A stretch of DNA of 64,000 nt from an uncultured delta proteobacterium (GCA_963812015.1 CAWETI010000002.1:1376001-1440000), one strand, 5' to 3'. Positions 19,282 through 29,425 are shown, numbered from the stretch's first letter. Notes: generated from the letters alone by a model not told the origin. A program made the numbers and translations.

Positions 19282-20040
19282 TTATTTAATTTCCTCGATC
19301 AGGCGCACCAGCCCGTCGGCGTCCTGGCGTTGAATGAAGTAAAGAATATCGGCCACCGCACCCTCCAGGGCCCGCAGCACAATCCGGTTGGCGGGATTCT
19401 GCAGTTGGATGCAAGCGTACAATTTGGCGTCCTGGCTCAGGAGGCGCCGGGTCAGGTTATGCAGGGTGGCAAAGGTAGGGGTGGAAAATTCCTCCAGATC
19501 TTCAGGGGAGACCCCCAGGTCCCGGATAACCGTCCCGAAGGCGATGAGCATGAAATGCGCCAGGCCCTGGACGACGGCCATAATGCGGTCATGTTCAGTG
19601 GCGGTGGTGATCTTTACCCTGGCCCCGGCCTGGGTGAGGAGGTCTTTAAGCCAGTGAAACCAGCGCTCCCCCCGCCCCTGACAGAGCACCACGGTCCGTC
19701 CCTCGATGGTTTCTTCCCCGGGGCCGAAAAGGGGGTGAGTGCCCACCACTTCCCCGGGGAAAGCCGCCATCATGGCCGCCATGGGTCTTTGCTTCACGGA
19801 GGTGAGGTCCACCAAGGCGGCATCCGGCTTGAGATGGGGGGCCACTTCCCGGGCTACTTCGGTCACCTTGGGGATGGGCACCGAGATGATCACCACATCG
19901 GCCAGGGCGGCCACCTCCTGGGAAGTCTGGGGGGTGTCGACGTCCGCCACCAGGACCTCGAGGCCCTGGCTTTCAAAGAAGCGTTTGAACCATTGGCCCA
20001 TCAACCCCTGGCCGCCGATGAGGGCTATTGTGGGTCTCAT
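19282..20040 (-). CDS. tyrA: Prephenate/arogenate dehydrogenase
   Basis: GGQGLMG Rossmann motif, DLTSVK, HPLFGP, HDRIMAVVQGLAH. Confidence 0.9.
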   Translation of the reverse strand: MRPTIALIGGQGLMGQWFKRFFESQGLEVLVADVDTPQTSQEVAALADVVIISVPIPKVTEVAREVAPHLKPDAALVDLTSVKQRPMAAMMAAFPGEVVGTHPLFGPGEETIEGRTVVLCQGRGERWFHWLKDLLTQAGARVKITTATEHDRIMAVVQGLAHFMLIAFGTVIRDLGVSPEDLEEFSTPTFATLHNLTRRLLSQDAKLYACIQLQNPANRIVLRALEGAVADILYFIQRQDADGLVRLIEEIK

Positions 20041-20088
20041 GGGAGTGATGACCAATTGCGGTTATCTTTCGACAATCCATGCTTTGGG

Positions 20089-20141
20089 CTGAAAGCTGAA
20101 AGCTGACCGCTGTAAGCCACTTTAATCTGACCGCTGATAGC
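20089..20141. repeat. 7-mer repeat arm between aroC and tyrA
   Basis: CTGAAAG CTGAAAG CTGACCG CTG..CTGACCG CTGATAG C. Confidence 0.65.
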
Positions 20142-20146
20142 AATTT

Positions 20147-21199
20147 TCATGCAATAGCCCTTTGGCGCAGCAGAAAGTCCGCCAGGGTGAGGCGCACCAT
20201 GGCCCCGATGACGGGGACGATGCGGGGAATGGCGCTGATGTCGTGTCTCCCCTTAACCGTGAGGGTGCGAGGCCGGCCCCCCAGGTCGATGGTCTGCTGT
20301 TCCCGGGCGATGGAGGGGATGGGCTTCACCGCGGCGTTGAGGATGATCTCATCGCCGTTGGAAATGCCGGCCAAGATGCCCCCGGCGTGGTTGGAGGCGA
20401 AACCTCCGGGGATCAGGGGGTCATTGTTCTCTGAGCCCAGCAGCCGGGCGGCGGCAAATCCGGCGCCGATCTCCACCCCTTTGACCGCGCCCACGGACAT
20501 CACCGCCGCGGCCAGGGCCGCGTCCAATTTATCGAAGACCGGCTCCCCCAAGCCCGGGGGGCAGCCCCGGACCCGCACCTGGACCAGCCCGCCCAGGGAG
20601 TCGCCCAGCGCCTTGACCTCCTGGACCCGGGCCTCCATGGCGGCCACGGTCTCCGGGTCGGGGCAGCCGAAGGGGTTGTCCCAGATCGTGCTTTCATCAA
20701 TTTTCTGCACCCGGACCCCGCCTAGTTCCAGGGTATAGGCCAAGACCTGGACGCCTTCCCGGTCCAGGACCCTTTGGGCCACGGCGCCGGCGGCTACCCG
20801 GGCTGCGGTTTCCCGGGCCGAAGCCCGACCCCCGCCCCGGTGGTCCCGGATGCCGTATTTGGCCTGGTAGGTGAAATCGCCGTGGCCGGGGCGGAAAAGC
20901 AGCCTGAGTTCGTCGTAATCCTGGCTGCGGATGTCGCGGTTGTAGATAATCAGGCTGATGGGGGTGCCGGTGGTCAAGCCGTCGAATACCCCGGACAGGA
21001 TCTCCACCTTATCGGGCTCCCGGCGGCTGGTGGCGTGGGCCTGCACCCCCGGGCGGCGCCGGGCCAGGGCTGCGTCGATGTCGGCGACGCTGAGGGACAA
21101 CCGGGGCGGGCAGCCGTCGATGACGGCTCCCAAGGCCGGGCCGTGGGACTCGCCCCAGGTGGTTACCCGAAAAACCTTTCCAAAGGTATTACCCGCCAA
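20147..21199 (-). CDS. aroC: Chorismate synthase
   Basis: TTWGESHG, RPGHGD, GGGRASARETAARVAAG, NHAGGILAGIS, GRHD; TTG start. Confidence 0.97.
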   Translation of the reverse strand: MAGNTFGKVFRVTTWGESHGPALGAVIDGCPPRLSLSVADIDAALARRRPGVQAHATSRREPDKVEILSGVFDGLTTGTPISLIIYNRDIRSQDYDELRLLFRPGHGDFTYQAKYGIRDHRGGGRASARETAARVAAGAVAQRVLDREGVQVLAYTLELGGVRVQKIDESTIWDNPFGCPDPETVAAMEARVQEVKALGDSLGGLVQVRVRGCPPGLGEPVFDKLDAALAAAVMSVGAVKGVEIGAGFAAARLLGSENNDPLIPGGFASNHAGGILAGISNGDEIILNAAVKPIPSIAREQQTIDLGGRPRTLTVKGRHDISAIPRIVPVIGAMVRLTLADFLLRQRAIA

Positions 21200-21758
21200 A
21201 ATTTTTGGTCTCCTCGTTTTTTAAGGCCGCCAGCACCAGTTCCACCACCTGGTCGACGGACCGGTGCGTGGTGTCCACGATAATCTGGGCCGCAGCGTCA
21301 TAGAGGGGGGAGCGATCCTTGAGAACTTCCTCGACCTCCCGGATGGTGTCTTTCCCGGTAAGACTGGGGCGGTTGGCATCCCGGGGCTGATCCTGGACCA
21401 GGCGGGCCTGGATAACCGCCGGATCGGCGGTCAGCCAGATGACCAGGCCGTTTGCCCGGAGGGCCGCCACATTGTCCCGGTCCAAGACGACACCGCCGCC
21501 GGTGGCTAAAATCTGCCCTTCAACGTGGCGGTAACGGGCCACCAACTCCTTTTCCAGCCGACGAAACTCGCCCCAGCCGCCCTGGGCCACGATCTCGGCG
21601 ATGGGCCGGCCGGCCTCCCGCACCAGCACCTGGTCCAGGTCCACGAAGGGGCGGTGCAGCAGTTCCGCCAGTCGGGCCCCCACGGAAGTCTTGCCGGTGG
21701 CCCGGTAGCCGATGAGGACCAGATTGAGTTGGTGATCGGGATGACGACGCCGTGGCAT
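21189..21758 (-). CDS. aroK: Shikimate kinase
   Basis: LIGYRATGKTSVG P-loop, FRRLE, ATGGG, RPSL. Confidence 0.93.
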   Translation of the reverse strand: MPRRRHPDHQLNLVLIGYRATGKTSVGARLAELLHRPFVDLDQVLVREAGRPIAEIVAQGGWGEFRRLEKELVARYRHVEGQILATGGGVVLDRDNVAALRANGLVIWLTADPAVIQARLVQDQPRDANRPSLTGKDTIREVEEVLKDRSPLYDAAAQIIVDTTHRSVDQVVELVLAALKNEETKNFGG

Positions 21759-21906
21759 GAAAATACCGCTTCGCTGCTCTATAAAATATCAATAATGGCA
21801 ACTGGTTGGCTTTAGTTTACTAAAAGCGGCGACTGAAAGGAAGAGGGCAAAGGGTCTCAACACTTTTAGAAGAGCTTTTTTCGCGCTCCACCACGAAAAG
21901 TCAGGA

Positions 21907-22476
21907 TCACTGCAGCGCTCCAATTCCTTGAACCAAAGAAAAAAGGCCAAAAGCCAGGAAAATGGCGGCCGCGCCCATCTTCACGGCCCTTTCCGGCAGC
22001 CGTTTTCCCATAATCTGTCCGACCCAAATGGCCAGGGCATCAGAAATAACCATACCCAAGGTCGAGCCGAGCCAAACCTGCGTCGGCGAGTATTGGCTGG
22101 CCAGGGTCACGGTGGTCAGCATGGTCTTGTCGCCCAGCTCCGCCAGAAAAAACGTCACCGTCACAATCAGAAAAGGGGAGGTGATGCGCCTGACCTGCTG
22201 ATCTTCATCCTCCAACTTATCACCACGCCAGGTCCAGATGGCAAAGGCGATAAAGGCCAGGCCCGAGAGCACCATGATCCAGCCATGCGGCAGGAGCTTA
22301 CCGGTGATTCCTCCCAAGACCACGGAAAAGGCGTGGACTAAGAGAGTCGCCACGAAAACGCCGGCTAATACGATGCCGGCTTTGAAGCGCGTGGCCAACA
22401 TGAGGGCGACCAATTGCGTTTTATCGCCCAATTCGGCGAGGAAAACCAGGGCCAGGGATAACCAGAAACCGTAAAT
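21907..22476 (-). CDS. GDT1/UPF0016 (TMEM165) family Mn/Ca transporter; apparent AUU start
   Basis: Two ELGDKT motifs. The frame extends 15 codons upstream of the ORF-track start to ATT (IYGFWLSLALVFLAE), with AAAGG 8 nt upstream and an in-frame TGA 5 codons further up. Confidence 0.85.
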   Translation of the reverse strand: MYGFWLSLALVFLAELGDKTQLVALMLATRFKAGIVLAGVFVATLLVHAFSVVLGGITGKLLPHGWIMVLSGLAFIAFAIWTWRGDKLEDEDQQVRRITSPFLIVTVTFFLAELGDKTMLTTVTLASQYSPTQVWLGSTLGMVISDALAIWVGQIMGKRLPERAVKMGAAAIFLAFGLFSLVQGIGALQ

Positions 22477-22543
22477 TGGCTTAACCTTTCAGCACAAGGA
22501 ATTGGATTGGAAAAGAGACCAAACTGCAGCTTGCCCCAAGGAA

Positions 22544-23386
22544 CTACGGCAACCGGTAGCAGGTCCCTTCCCGGGCCGCGTCGATATAGGGGGGATTGCT
22601 GTGGGCTGCCGCCATTTCCCGGGACAGGGCCACGATCTTGCCAACCTCTGCATCGCTGCGGCCGGGATCATGATGGGTGAGGAGCAGGTTGCGCACCTCC
22701 GCCTGTTGCGCCATGGACACCACCTCATCATAGGTGGAATGGCCCCACCCCCGACGTTCGGCGATTTCCTTGGGCAGATACTGGGCATCGTGGATCAACA
22801 GGTCGCACCCCAGGCAAAATTCCACGAATTCCGGAATGCGCCTGCCTCGGGCGGCGCCCAGTTCGTTGTCGGTGATGAACACCATGGTGTGCTTGCCTTC
22901 CCGGAACCGGAACGCCAGGCCCCCCTGGGGATGGTTGAGGCGCATGGATTCAATCACCACCCCATCCAGGTCCAGGGGGCCGTGGGCCAGGGTATTGAGA
23001 TAATCGATCCTGGCCTTGAGGTGGTCGAAGGCCACCGGGAAGAAGCCATCTCCCATGTGGCTGTCGAAGACCCGGGTCATGGCCTGGAAGGCGGGGGGCC
23101 AGCCATCGACGATGACCTTGGTGGATTCGTGGTAAATGGGCTCAAAGAAGGGGATTCCCAACAGGTGATCCCAGTGGCCATGGGTGAGGAGCAGGTGAAA
23201 GCGGCTGGGAATCTGGTTTTCGATAAGATGTTCGCCCAGGAGGCGTAGGCCGGTGCCGCCGTCGATCACGACCCTTTGCCCGTTGTCCAACACCACCTCC
23301 ACGCAGGTGGTATTGCCGCCGAACTCCAGGGTATTGGGGCCGGGAGCCGGGATGGAACCCCTGGTGCCCCAGAATTTAATCTCCAT
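22544..23386 (-). CDS. Metallo-beta-lactamase-fold hydrolase
   Basis: WGTRGS, GGNTTC, THGHWDH, HDAQY, WGHS, HHDP. Confidence 0.9.
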   Translation of the reverse strand: MEIKFWGTRGSIPAPGPNTLEFGGNTTCVEVVLDNGQRVVIDGGTGLRLLGEHLIENQIPSRFHLLLTHGHWDHLLGIPFFEPIYHESTKVIVDGWPPAFQAMTRVFDSHMGDGFFPVAFDHLKARIDYLNTLAHGPLDLDGVVIESMRLNHPQGGLAFRFREGKHTMVFITDNELGAARGRRIPEFVEFCLGCDLLIHDAQYLPKEIAERRGWGHSTYDEVVSMAQQAEVRNLLLTHHDPGRSDAEVGKIVALSREMAAAHSNPPYIDAAREGTCYRLP

Positions 23387-23461
23387 ATGGACTTCCTCCT
23401 CCTGCCGGCAGGTGTGGTGGGAAAAGCGGCCCTACAACTTTCACCTAAAGATGGCCCCCGG

Positions 23462-24520
23462 TCAATAGTCGGCCAGATTCACCGCATGATCTCCAAGTTC
23501 CAAAAAAGCCGCCACCAAGCCAAAACAGCCGGAAAGCATCATATCACCGAAGGGGGTGGCGTAGACCCCGGGCCAGCCCTGGGCCAGGCGCCGGCGGGGG
23601 CCGGTGATGACAGTGAACGCAAAGGAACCACTGGCGGTAAAGTCCGGGACGTAGGCGCACCCATGCCCCTGATCGTCAAAGATCTCAGTGTTGGTCAGCT
23701 GGCCCTGCTGAAATCGCTCCAGATGAGCAAAAAGTTTCTCCGGGTTCAGAAGCCCGGTGTGATGTTCATAAATCCCCCACAGGCGGTCGCCCCGGACCAA
23801 GGCCGCAAAGGTGTGAGCATTGCCGACGTTGACCACCGTGAGGCCTTGTTCCCGATGATCCCGGGCCTGGGGATCGAGGAGCGCCCCCCGGACCCCGGCG
23901 GCGCAGGTGTCCATCAGCACTACCCCGGGCAGGGCCTCGGCCACGGCCGCCATCCGGGTGAAGTGGCTGGGGGGCTGCCGGTAGGCCAGGTCCGCCAGTC
24001 TGCCCCCCTGGGCCAGGAAATTTTCCCAGCCCTGGAAGCGGAAACGGCGGTTGCTCCCCTGGGGATGAAAGCCGTGGTCCTGGACCGCCACGGCAAAATG
24101 GCTGGGGAATGGGACTTCGAAGGCCCCCAGGACCTGACGCCAGCCTTCCGCCTCCACATCTCCCAGGGTCAGGGTCACGGCTTCGGGGGGCGGAGACTCG
24201 GTGAGAATCACGCCCCACTCCTCCACTGCCTCCAGGCGGTCGCTAAAGGTGAAAGCCGCCTGGGGCGTGGCATAAACCGGCAGGCCGTGGCCCATATGCC
24301 AACGTACCGCCGCGGTTACGGCGCCGCCGCCCATGATCCGGCCGTTCAAGAAAAGGGGCTGCCCCTGATTGGTGAAGCGACGGATGCGCCGGGCCAGGAC
24401 CTGGGTGGGCGCCGGCAGGACCAGCTTGACGCCGTTTTCCACGGGCTGGCCCGGCTCCCAGATAAAGATATCCTGGGTGCCGCCCCCCACGTCCACGGCC
24501 AGGAGCGAGCCTTCAAACAT
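23462..24520 (-). CDS. DUF1786-family protein
   Basis: LAVDVGGGTQD, MGGG, VAVQDHG, SNRRFRF, NVGNAHT, EHHT, GHG, GCFGL. Confidence 0.8.
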   Translation of the reverse strand: MFEGSLLAVDVGGGTQDIFIWEPGQPVENGVKLVLPAPTQVLARRIRRFTNQGQPLFLNGRIMGGGAVTAAVRWHMGHGLPVYATPQAAFTFSDRLEAVEEWGVILTESPPPEAVTLTLGDVEAEGWRQVLGAFEVPFPSHFAVAVQDHGFHPQGSNRRFRFQGWENFLAQGGRLADLAYRQPPSHFTRMAAVAEALPGVVLMDTCAAGVRGALLDPQARDHREQGLTVVNVGNAHTFAALVRGDRLWGIYEHHTGLLNPEKLFAHLERFQQGQLTNTEIFDDQGHGCAYVPDFTASGSFAFTVITGPRRRLAQGWPGVYATPFGDMMLSGCFGLVAAFLELGDHAVNLADY

Positions 24521-25325
24521 GGCCATCTTCCCATTGGGCCGCCGCGGCCAGCACCAAGCGGACGGCCCGATCCCGGGCCCGGCGAAAAGGCTCCGAGCGG
24601 TAGCCAGGCTTCCATTGCCCGGTGGCCAACTCATCCGATACCACCAGCAGGCCGGCCGCCGGCACCTGCCGGAACCGGGCCACGGCAAATAAAGCCGCCA
24701 TTTCCATGTCAACCCCCAGGACTCCCTGATCCTGGTAGCGCTTTACCAGGGGCACCGTTTCCCGGTAGAACCCGTCGGTAGACCAGACGAGCCCTTCCTG
24801 CCAACGATTATCCGAGGCGCCCAACAGTTGCCGCAAAATGCCGCACAGGCCCGGGTCCGGGTCCGGGGGCTGCCCCTTGAGGGGATAATGTCGGGAGGTG
24901 CCTTCGGTGCTCACCGTGGTGGTGGGGAGCACCAGGTCGCCGATGGTAAGATGGGACTGCAGGGAACCGCACCATCCCAGGGCCAGGACCATGCGGGCAC
25001 CCAGGGCAATGAGCTTTTCCATCACCATAACCGCATAGGGCGCCCCCAGGGCCGGGGCCATGAAGGTTATGGGCACCTCAGCCCAGCGCCCTTCCCGCAA
25101 GGCGCAGTTGTAGATATAACGCGGCGGCTCCGGCGGTTGCACCAGGCGGCAGAGCTCCTGGTAGTCGGGCAGGGTGAAGGTGAGAATCACCCGGGGGGTC
25201 ACCAAAGCGTCCCAGGGTTCCCGCGTCGGATTGATGATCGCCTCACCGGGTGGGGCCTCGCGGCCAGGGGCTCCCGGGTGGTCCGGGAAGCCAAGCCGCA
25301 CCGCCGCCTCAATTTCACTGCTCAT
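24513..25325 (-). CDS. Nucleoside phosphorylase (uridine/purine family)
   Basis: GAPYAVMVMEKL, GWCGSL, EGTSRHY, WSTDGFYRET, VDMEMAALF, VSD. Confidence 0.88.
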   Translation of the reverse strand: MSSEIEAAVRLGFPDHPGAPGREAPPGEAIINPTREPWDALVTPRVILTFTLPDYQELCRLVQPPEPPRYIYNCALREGRWAEVPITFMAPALGAPYAVMVMEKLIALGARMVLALGWCGSLQSHLTIGDLVLPTTTVSTEGTSRHYPLKGQPPDPDPGLCGILRQLLGASDNRWQEGLVWSTDGFYRETVPLVKRYQDQGVLGVDMEMAALFAVARFRQVPAAGLLVVSDELATGQWKPGYRSEPFRRARDRAVRLVLAAAAQWEDGHV

Positions 25326-25933
25326 GCCGGGTTCCGTGCCTTATTCAGTTTCCAGAAAAAATAAACCGCGACGCCGATAAGTCCGGCGACCACGAAGTAG
25401 TCCAGAATGTGGGTGTATTGCTGGATGATGCGCCAGTTCTCTTTGAGCCGCACCCCCAGGTAGGTGAGAAATCCGTTCCATAGGGTGGCCCCCACCGCAG
25501 TATAGAGGATAAAGGGGATGAGGGACATGCGGGCCAGACCCGCGGGGATGGAGATGAGATGGCGGACCACCGGAATAAATCGGGAGATGAAGATGGTCTT
25601 GCCGCCGTGACGGTCGAAAAAGTTCTTGGTCCACTCCAGGTGGTGCGGGTTGAGGAGCAGGTAGCGGCCGTAGCGTAGCACTACGGGCTCCCCCAGCCTC
25701 CCCATGCCGTAGGACAGGAGCGAGCCCAGGATGGACCCTAGGCTGCTGGCCACCATTACCGGCACCACGCCAAAATCCCCCGTGAAGATCAGGAACCCGG
25801 CAAAAGGCATGACCAGCTCGCTGGGGATAGGGGCAACCATGCTTTCCAGGGCCATCAATAGGAAGATGCCCACGTAGCTGCATTGATTGATGAACAGCGT
25901 ATTATAGTAACAGAGGGATTCAGTCACTCCCAT
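25322..25933 (-). CDS. DedA-family membrane protein
   Basis: LESMVAPIPSELVMPFAG, SRFIPVVRHLISIPAG. Confidence 0.92.
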   Translation of the reverse strand: MGVTESLCYYNTLFINQCSYVGIFLLMALESMVAPIPSELVMPFAGFLIFTGDFGVVPVMVASSLGSILGSLLSYGMGRLGEPVVLRYGRYLLLNPHHLEWTKNFFDRHGGKTIFISRFIPVVRHLISIPAGLARMSLIPFILYTAVGATLWNGFLTYLGVRLKENWRIIQQYTHILDYFVVAGLIGVAVYFFWKLNKARNPA

Positions 25934-25937
25934 AGAA

Positions 25938-27365
25938 TCAGCTTTCTCCCAATTCCCGGTGCCGGATCTGCTGCATTATCCGGGATTGTAACTCCTCAAG
26001 ACCCGGACTCAAACTCACCGGGTAGAGGGTGGGGTCCTGGAGGGCCTTGTGGGCTGCGGGCAGCCGGGCAAACTGGTCCTGAAAATAGTCCCGGCCCTCC
26101 CTCAGCGACGGCTGCGGCCGGGTGATCCGGCCATTCGCCATCACCGGCTGGAGGAGCGGGGTGCCTTCCGGCCTGGCCTCGCGCCGCAAGGCGATGGTAT
26201 CCCGCTGCATGGCGCCCTGAGCGTCGAAAGTTCGCCAGACCTGCTTTTTGTCTACCAGGGTGACCTTGCCGGTGGACAGCTTCATCACCGGCTGATCGGC
26301 GTAGCGCACCAATTTATAGGCAATGTCGAAGTAGGGGGCGTCCGCCGAGACCCCCATCTTGGTGCCCACGGCGAAGGCGTCGATCCGGGCCCCGTCGGCC
26401 AGCACCCGGGCGATTTTATGCTCGTCAAAGCCGCCGCTGGCCAGGATGCGCACGGAGGTGAGGCCGTTCTCGTCCAGGATTCGGCGCACGTCCTTGCTGA
26501 TGGCCGCCAAGTCGCCGCTGTCCAGACGCACGTAGTCCAGACGCTGGCCCCGGGCCTCCATCTCTTTGGCCACCGTCACGGCGTGCCGGGCCCCGGCGAT
26601 ATTGTCATAGGTGTCGATGAGCAGGGTGGCGGCGCCGGGGAAGTTCCGGGCGAACACCCGGAAGGCGTCGATTTCGTGCGGAAAACTGGTGATATAGGAA
26701 TGGGCCATAGTTCCGAAGATGGGCAGGCCGTAGATTTTGCCCGCCAGGACGTTGCTGGTGCCGGCAAACCCGGCCAGATAGCTGGCCCGGGCCACCTTGA
26801 GACCGGCGTCGCTCCCCTGGGTGCGCCGGAGGGAAAAATCCACCAGGGGTCTGCCCGCGGCCGCGTGGACGGAGCGGGACGCCTTGGTAGCGATCATGGT
26901 CTGGAGGCTGATGGCGTTGATGATGAAGGTCTCCACCAGTTGGGCCTCGATGATGGGGCCGCTCACCTCGACGATGGGCTCGTTGGCGAAAAAGATGCTC
27001 CCTTCGGGGAGGGCCTGCACCTCGCCGGTGAAGCGCACTCCTTTCAGGTAGTCCAGGAAGCGGGCTTGAAACAGGCCGGTGGACGCCAGATAATCCAGGT
27101 CGGCGGCCGAGAAGCGCAGGGTTTCCAGATAATCCAAGGCCTCGGCCAGCCCGGCGGCCACCATGTAGCCGCGCTGAGGCGGGTACTTGCGGATGAACAG
27201 GCTGAAGGTGGCCTCACCGGACATGTCCTGGTCGAAATAGCAGGCCGCCATGGTCAGCTGGTAGAGGTCCGTCAGGAGCGCCAGCCGTTCACCCAATGGT
27301 TGTTGGTCCAAGTTCACCTCAGTGGGGGGTGGAGGAGGGGCCGATGCCGTACCCTGCCAACGCAT
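25938..27365 (-). CDS. pncB: Nicotinate phosphoribosyltransferase
   Basis: LLTDLYQLTM, GTSNV, GTMAHS, LIDTYD, VRLDSGD; true start may be TTG 27311. Confidence 0.93.
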   Translation of the reverse strand: MRWQGTASAPPPPPTEVNLDQQPLGERLALLTDLYQLTMAACYFDQDMSGEATFSLFIRKYPPQRGYMVAAGLAEALDYLETLRFSAADLDYLASTGLFQARFLDYLKGVRFTGEVQALPEGSIFFANEPIVEVSGPIIEAQLVETFIINAISLQTMIATKASRSVHAAAGRPLVDFSLRRTQGSDAGLKVARASYLAGFAGTSNVLAGKIYGLPIFGTMAHSYITSFPHEIDAFRVFARNFPGAATLLIDTYDNIAGARHAVTVAKEMEARGQRLDYVRLDSGDLAAISKDVRRILDENGLTSVRILASGGFDEHKIARVLADGARIDAFAVGTKMGVSADAPYFDIAYKLVRYADQPVMKLSTGKVTLVDKKQVWRTFDAQGAMQRDTIALRREARPEGTPLLQPVMANGRITRPQPSLREGRDYFQDQFARLPAAHKALQDPTLYPVSLSPGLEELQSRIMQQIRHRELGES

Positions 27366-27572
27366 TCCAGACGGAAACCAGGCGCTGCGGCCGCCCGGGC
27401 CATCCGCTGAGCGGGCGGGCGGCTAGCGCCCCGGCCATTCCCGGTATCTCTGGGAAATTCCCCTTATCTTATTACAATAGCTCAATGGTTTCCATAATTT
27501 TGGTTATTTTTTCGGAAATCAGCGGCGGGCATGACGGCGTTCCAGGACCGGCAGCGCCTCCTGGACGGGTCC

Positions 27573-28571
27573 TTACCCCCGGGAAAAGACATCGCCGGAA
27601 AGGTCCAGGCGGTCACCGGCCATCAGGCGCCGGTACCCCAGGGCAGCCACCATGGCGGCGTTGTCGGTGCACAGGGACAGGGGTGGGAGGAACAGCTCGA
27701 TGCCCTCGGCCTGGGCCCCGGTCACCAACGCCTGGCGGAGATTGCCGTTGGCCGCCACCCCGCCGCAGACCACCAGGCGAGTGCAGCCGGCCTCGGTGAG
27801 GGCCAGCCAGGCCCGGCTGGTCAGGCTCTCCACCACTGCGGCCTGGAAGCTGGCGGCCAGGTCGCGCCGGGAGGCGTCATCGGCGAGGATTTCCGGGTGC
27901 TGCTTGAGTTGGTAGGCCACCGCGGTCTTGAGACCGGAAAACGAGAAGGTGAGGGGCTCCTTCTGGATGCGGGGCCGGGGCAGGTGGTAGGCCGAGGCAT
28001 TGCCGGCTGCGGCCAGGGCCTCGATCTTGACCCCGCCCGGGTAGCCCAACTCCATGAGCTTGGCCACCTTGTCGAAGGCCTCCCCCGCGGCGTCGTCCCG
28101 GCTACGGCCCAAAAGTGCCATCTCACCGAAACCGGCCACCCGGTAGAGGTTGGTATGGCCGCCGGAGACCACCAGGGCTACGAACGGGAACTCAGGCGGG
28201 GGCTCGGTCAGAAACGCCGCCATGATGTGGGCCTGTAAGTGGTGGACGCCCACCAGCGGTTTATGCAAGGTGTAGGACAAGACCTTGGCCGCGGCCATGC
28301 CGATGACCAGGGCGCCGATGAGTCCGGGCCCCTGGGTCACGGCCAAGCCGTTCAGGTCGGAAAGGGTGATGCTGGCCTGATCTAACGCCCCCTGGATCAC
28401 CGGCAGGATATTTTCGAGATGCCGCCGGGCGGCGATCTCCGGCACCACCCCGCCGTAGGCGGCGTGGGACTCGAACTGGGTCGCCACCACCGAGGACAAC
28501 ACGGTGCGTCCATCAGCCACCACCGCCGCCGCGGTCTCATCGCAGGAAGTTTCGATTCCGAGTATGAGCAT
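27573..28571 (-). CDS. tsaD: tRNA threonylcarbamoyltransferase TsaD
   Basis: LGIETSCDET, GGVVPE, HHLQAH, VSGGHT, DDAAGEAFDK, CTDNAAM. Confidence 0.97.
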   Translation of the reverse strand: MLILGIETSCDETAAAVVADGRTVLSSVVATQFESHAAYGGVVPEIAARRHLENILPVIQGALDQASITLSDLNGLAVTQGPGLIGALVIGMAAAKVLSYTLHKPLVGVHHLQAHIMAAFLTEPPPEFPFVALVVSGGHTNLYRVAGFGEMALLGRSRDDAAGEAFDKVAKLMELGYPGGVKIEALAAAGNASAYHLPRPRIQKEPLTFSFSGLKTAVAYQLKQHPEILADDASRRDLAASFQAAVVESLTSRAWLALTEAGCTRLVVCGGVAANGNLRQALVTGAQAEGIELFLPPLSLCTDNAAMVAALGYRRLMAGDRLDLSGDVFSRG

Positions 28572-28586
28572 TTTGACTGGATATAT

Positions 28587-28651
28587 GGGACAGGGGACCA
28601 GGGGCTTTTTCGTAAGCGGCCCCGGCCACCCTCCCCCAAACCCCCACCCCT
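28587..28651 (+). repeat. Hairpin + C-rich-tail intergenic repeat
   Basis: GGGACAGGGGACCAGGGGC..GCCCCGGCCACCCTCCCCCAAACCCCCACCCC; same family as 33431, 33569, 35425, 41826. Confidence 0.6.
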
Positions 28652-28696
28652 TAAATTTTTCAGAAATTGTTGGGGGGCGCCCCCCACCCTACGCAC

Positions 28697-29245
28697 CTAT
28701 TTATTGATGATCAAATACGGTTTGATCTGCCTTACCTTCTTCGGGCCGAAGCCCAAAACCTTCTCCTCCAGCTCTTCAATCTTTTTATACGGGCCGTGCT
28801 TCTGACGGTAATCCACTATCCTTTGGGCCAGGGCCGGCCCGACCCCCGGGACGGCTGCCAGGTCCTCGGCGGTAGCCCGGTTGAGGTCAAGGGGCAGCCC
28901 CAGGGTGATAAGCTGGGCTCCGGGCATGGCCGTGACGAGGTAGCCGCCCTCCGGCGTCACCTCCACCCGGGTGCCGCTGGCGATGATTTTATTTGGGTCC
29001 TGGGCGGTCCCCGGAGCCCCGGCCTTCGTCCAGACTTCACCCAGGCTGGGTGGCTTCGGGAAGGAATAGACCCCGGGGTGGGAAACCTTCCCGGTGACCT
29101 CCACAAAGGCCAGGTTCAGGATCCCGGGCGGGGGCGGGGAGGGGGGAAAGAGCACGTGGGCCCGCCAGGCGTATAAAAGGAGGAGCGCGGCTCCCAGGAT
29201 AAGAATAACGCCTAATTGGGGGGGGCTGAAGTAAGGCAAACGCAT
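28697..29245 (-). CDS. comEA: ComEA-family helix-hairpin-helix DNA-binding protein
   Basis: N-terminal TM, SLBB-like VTGKVSHPGVY, LDLNRATAEDLAAVPGVGPALAQRI. Confidence 0.85.
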   Translation of the reverse strand: MRLPYFSPPQLGVILILGAALLLLYAWRAHVLFPPSPPPPGILNLAFVEVTGKVSHPGVYSFPKPPSLGEVWTKAGAPGTAQDPNKIIASGTRVEVTPEGGYLVTAMPGAQLITLGLPLDLNRATAEDLAAVPGVGPALAQRIVDYRQKHGPYKKIEELEEKVLGFGPKKVRQIKPYLIINK

Positions 29246-29250
29246 GGTCA

Positions 29251-29421
29251 AGGGGCGAAAAGGGAAAAAGGCGAAAAGGGAAAAAGGGGAGAAAAAAAGT
29301 CAGGCATCACTCGTGGCGCTCCCGTGTTTAGTGGGGAGAAGTGGAACGAGAAAAGTTAAGAGGCACCTGATTGACAGGTCCTTTCCCTTCTCGCCTTTTT
29401 CCCTCTTCTCCTTTTTTCCCC
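29251..29421. repeat. Inverted pair of 8-mer tandem repeat arms bracketing about 90 nt between cimA and comEA
   Basis: GGGGCGAA AAGGGAAA AAGGCGAA AAGGGAAA AAGGGGAG .. TTTCCCTT CTCGCCTT TTTCCCTC TTCTCCTT TTTTCCCC. Confidence 0.8.
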
Positions 29422-29425
29422 TGCT

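Noticed and set aside
22477..22543. yybP-ykoY Mn riboswitch upstream of the GDT1/UPF0016 gene
   Set aside because: Only ~67 nt separate it from the upstream gene and I see no matching structure.
23276..24781. Long antisense ORFs (also 26049-27410, 43047-44333, 47709-48920, 50421-51575)
   Set aside because: Shadow frames of well-supported opposite-strand genes in GC-rich DNA; no motifs.
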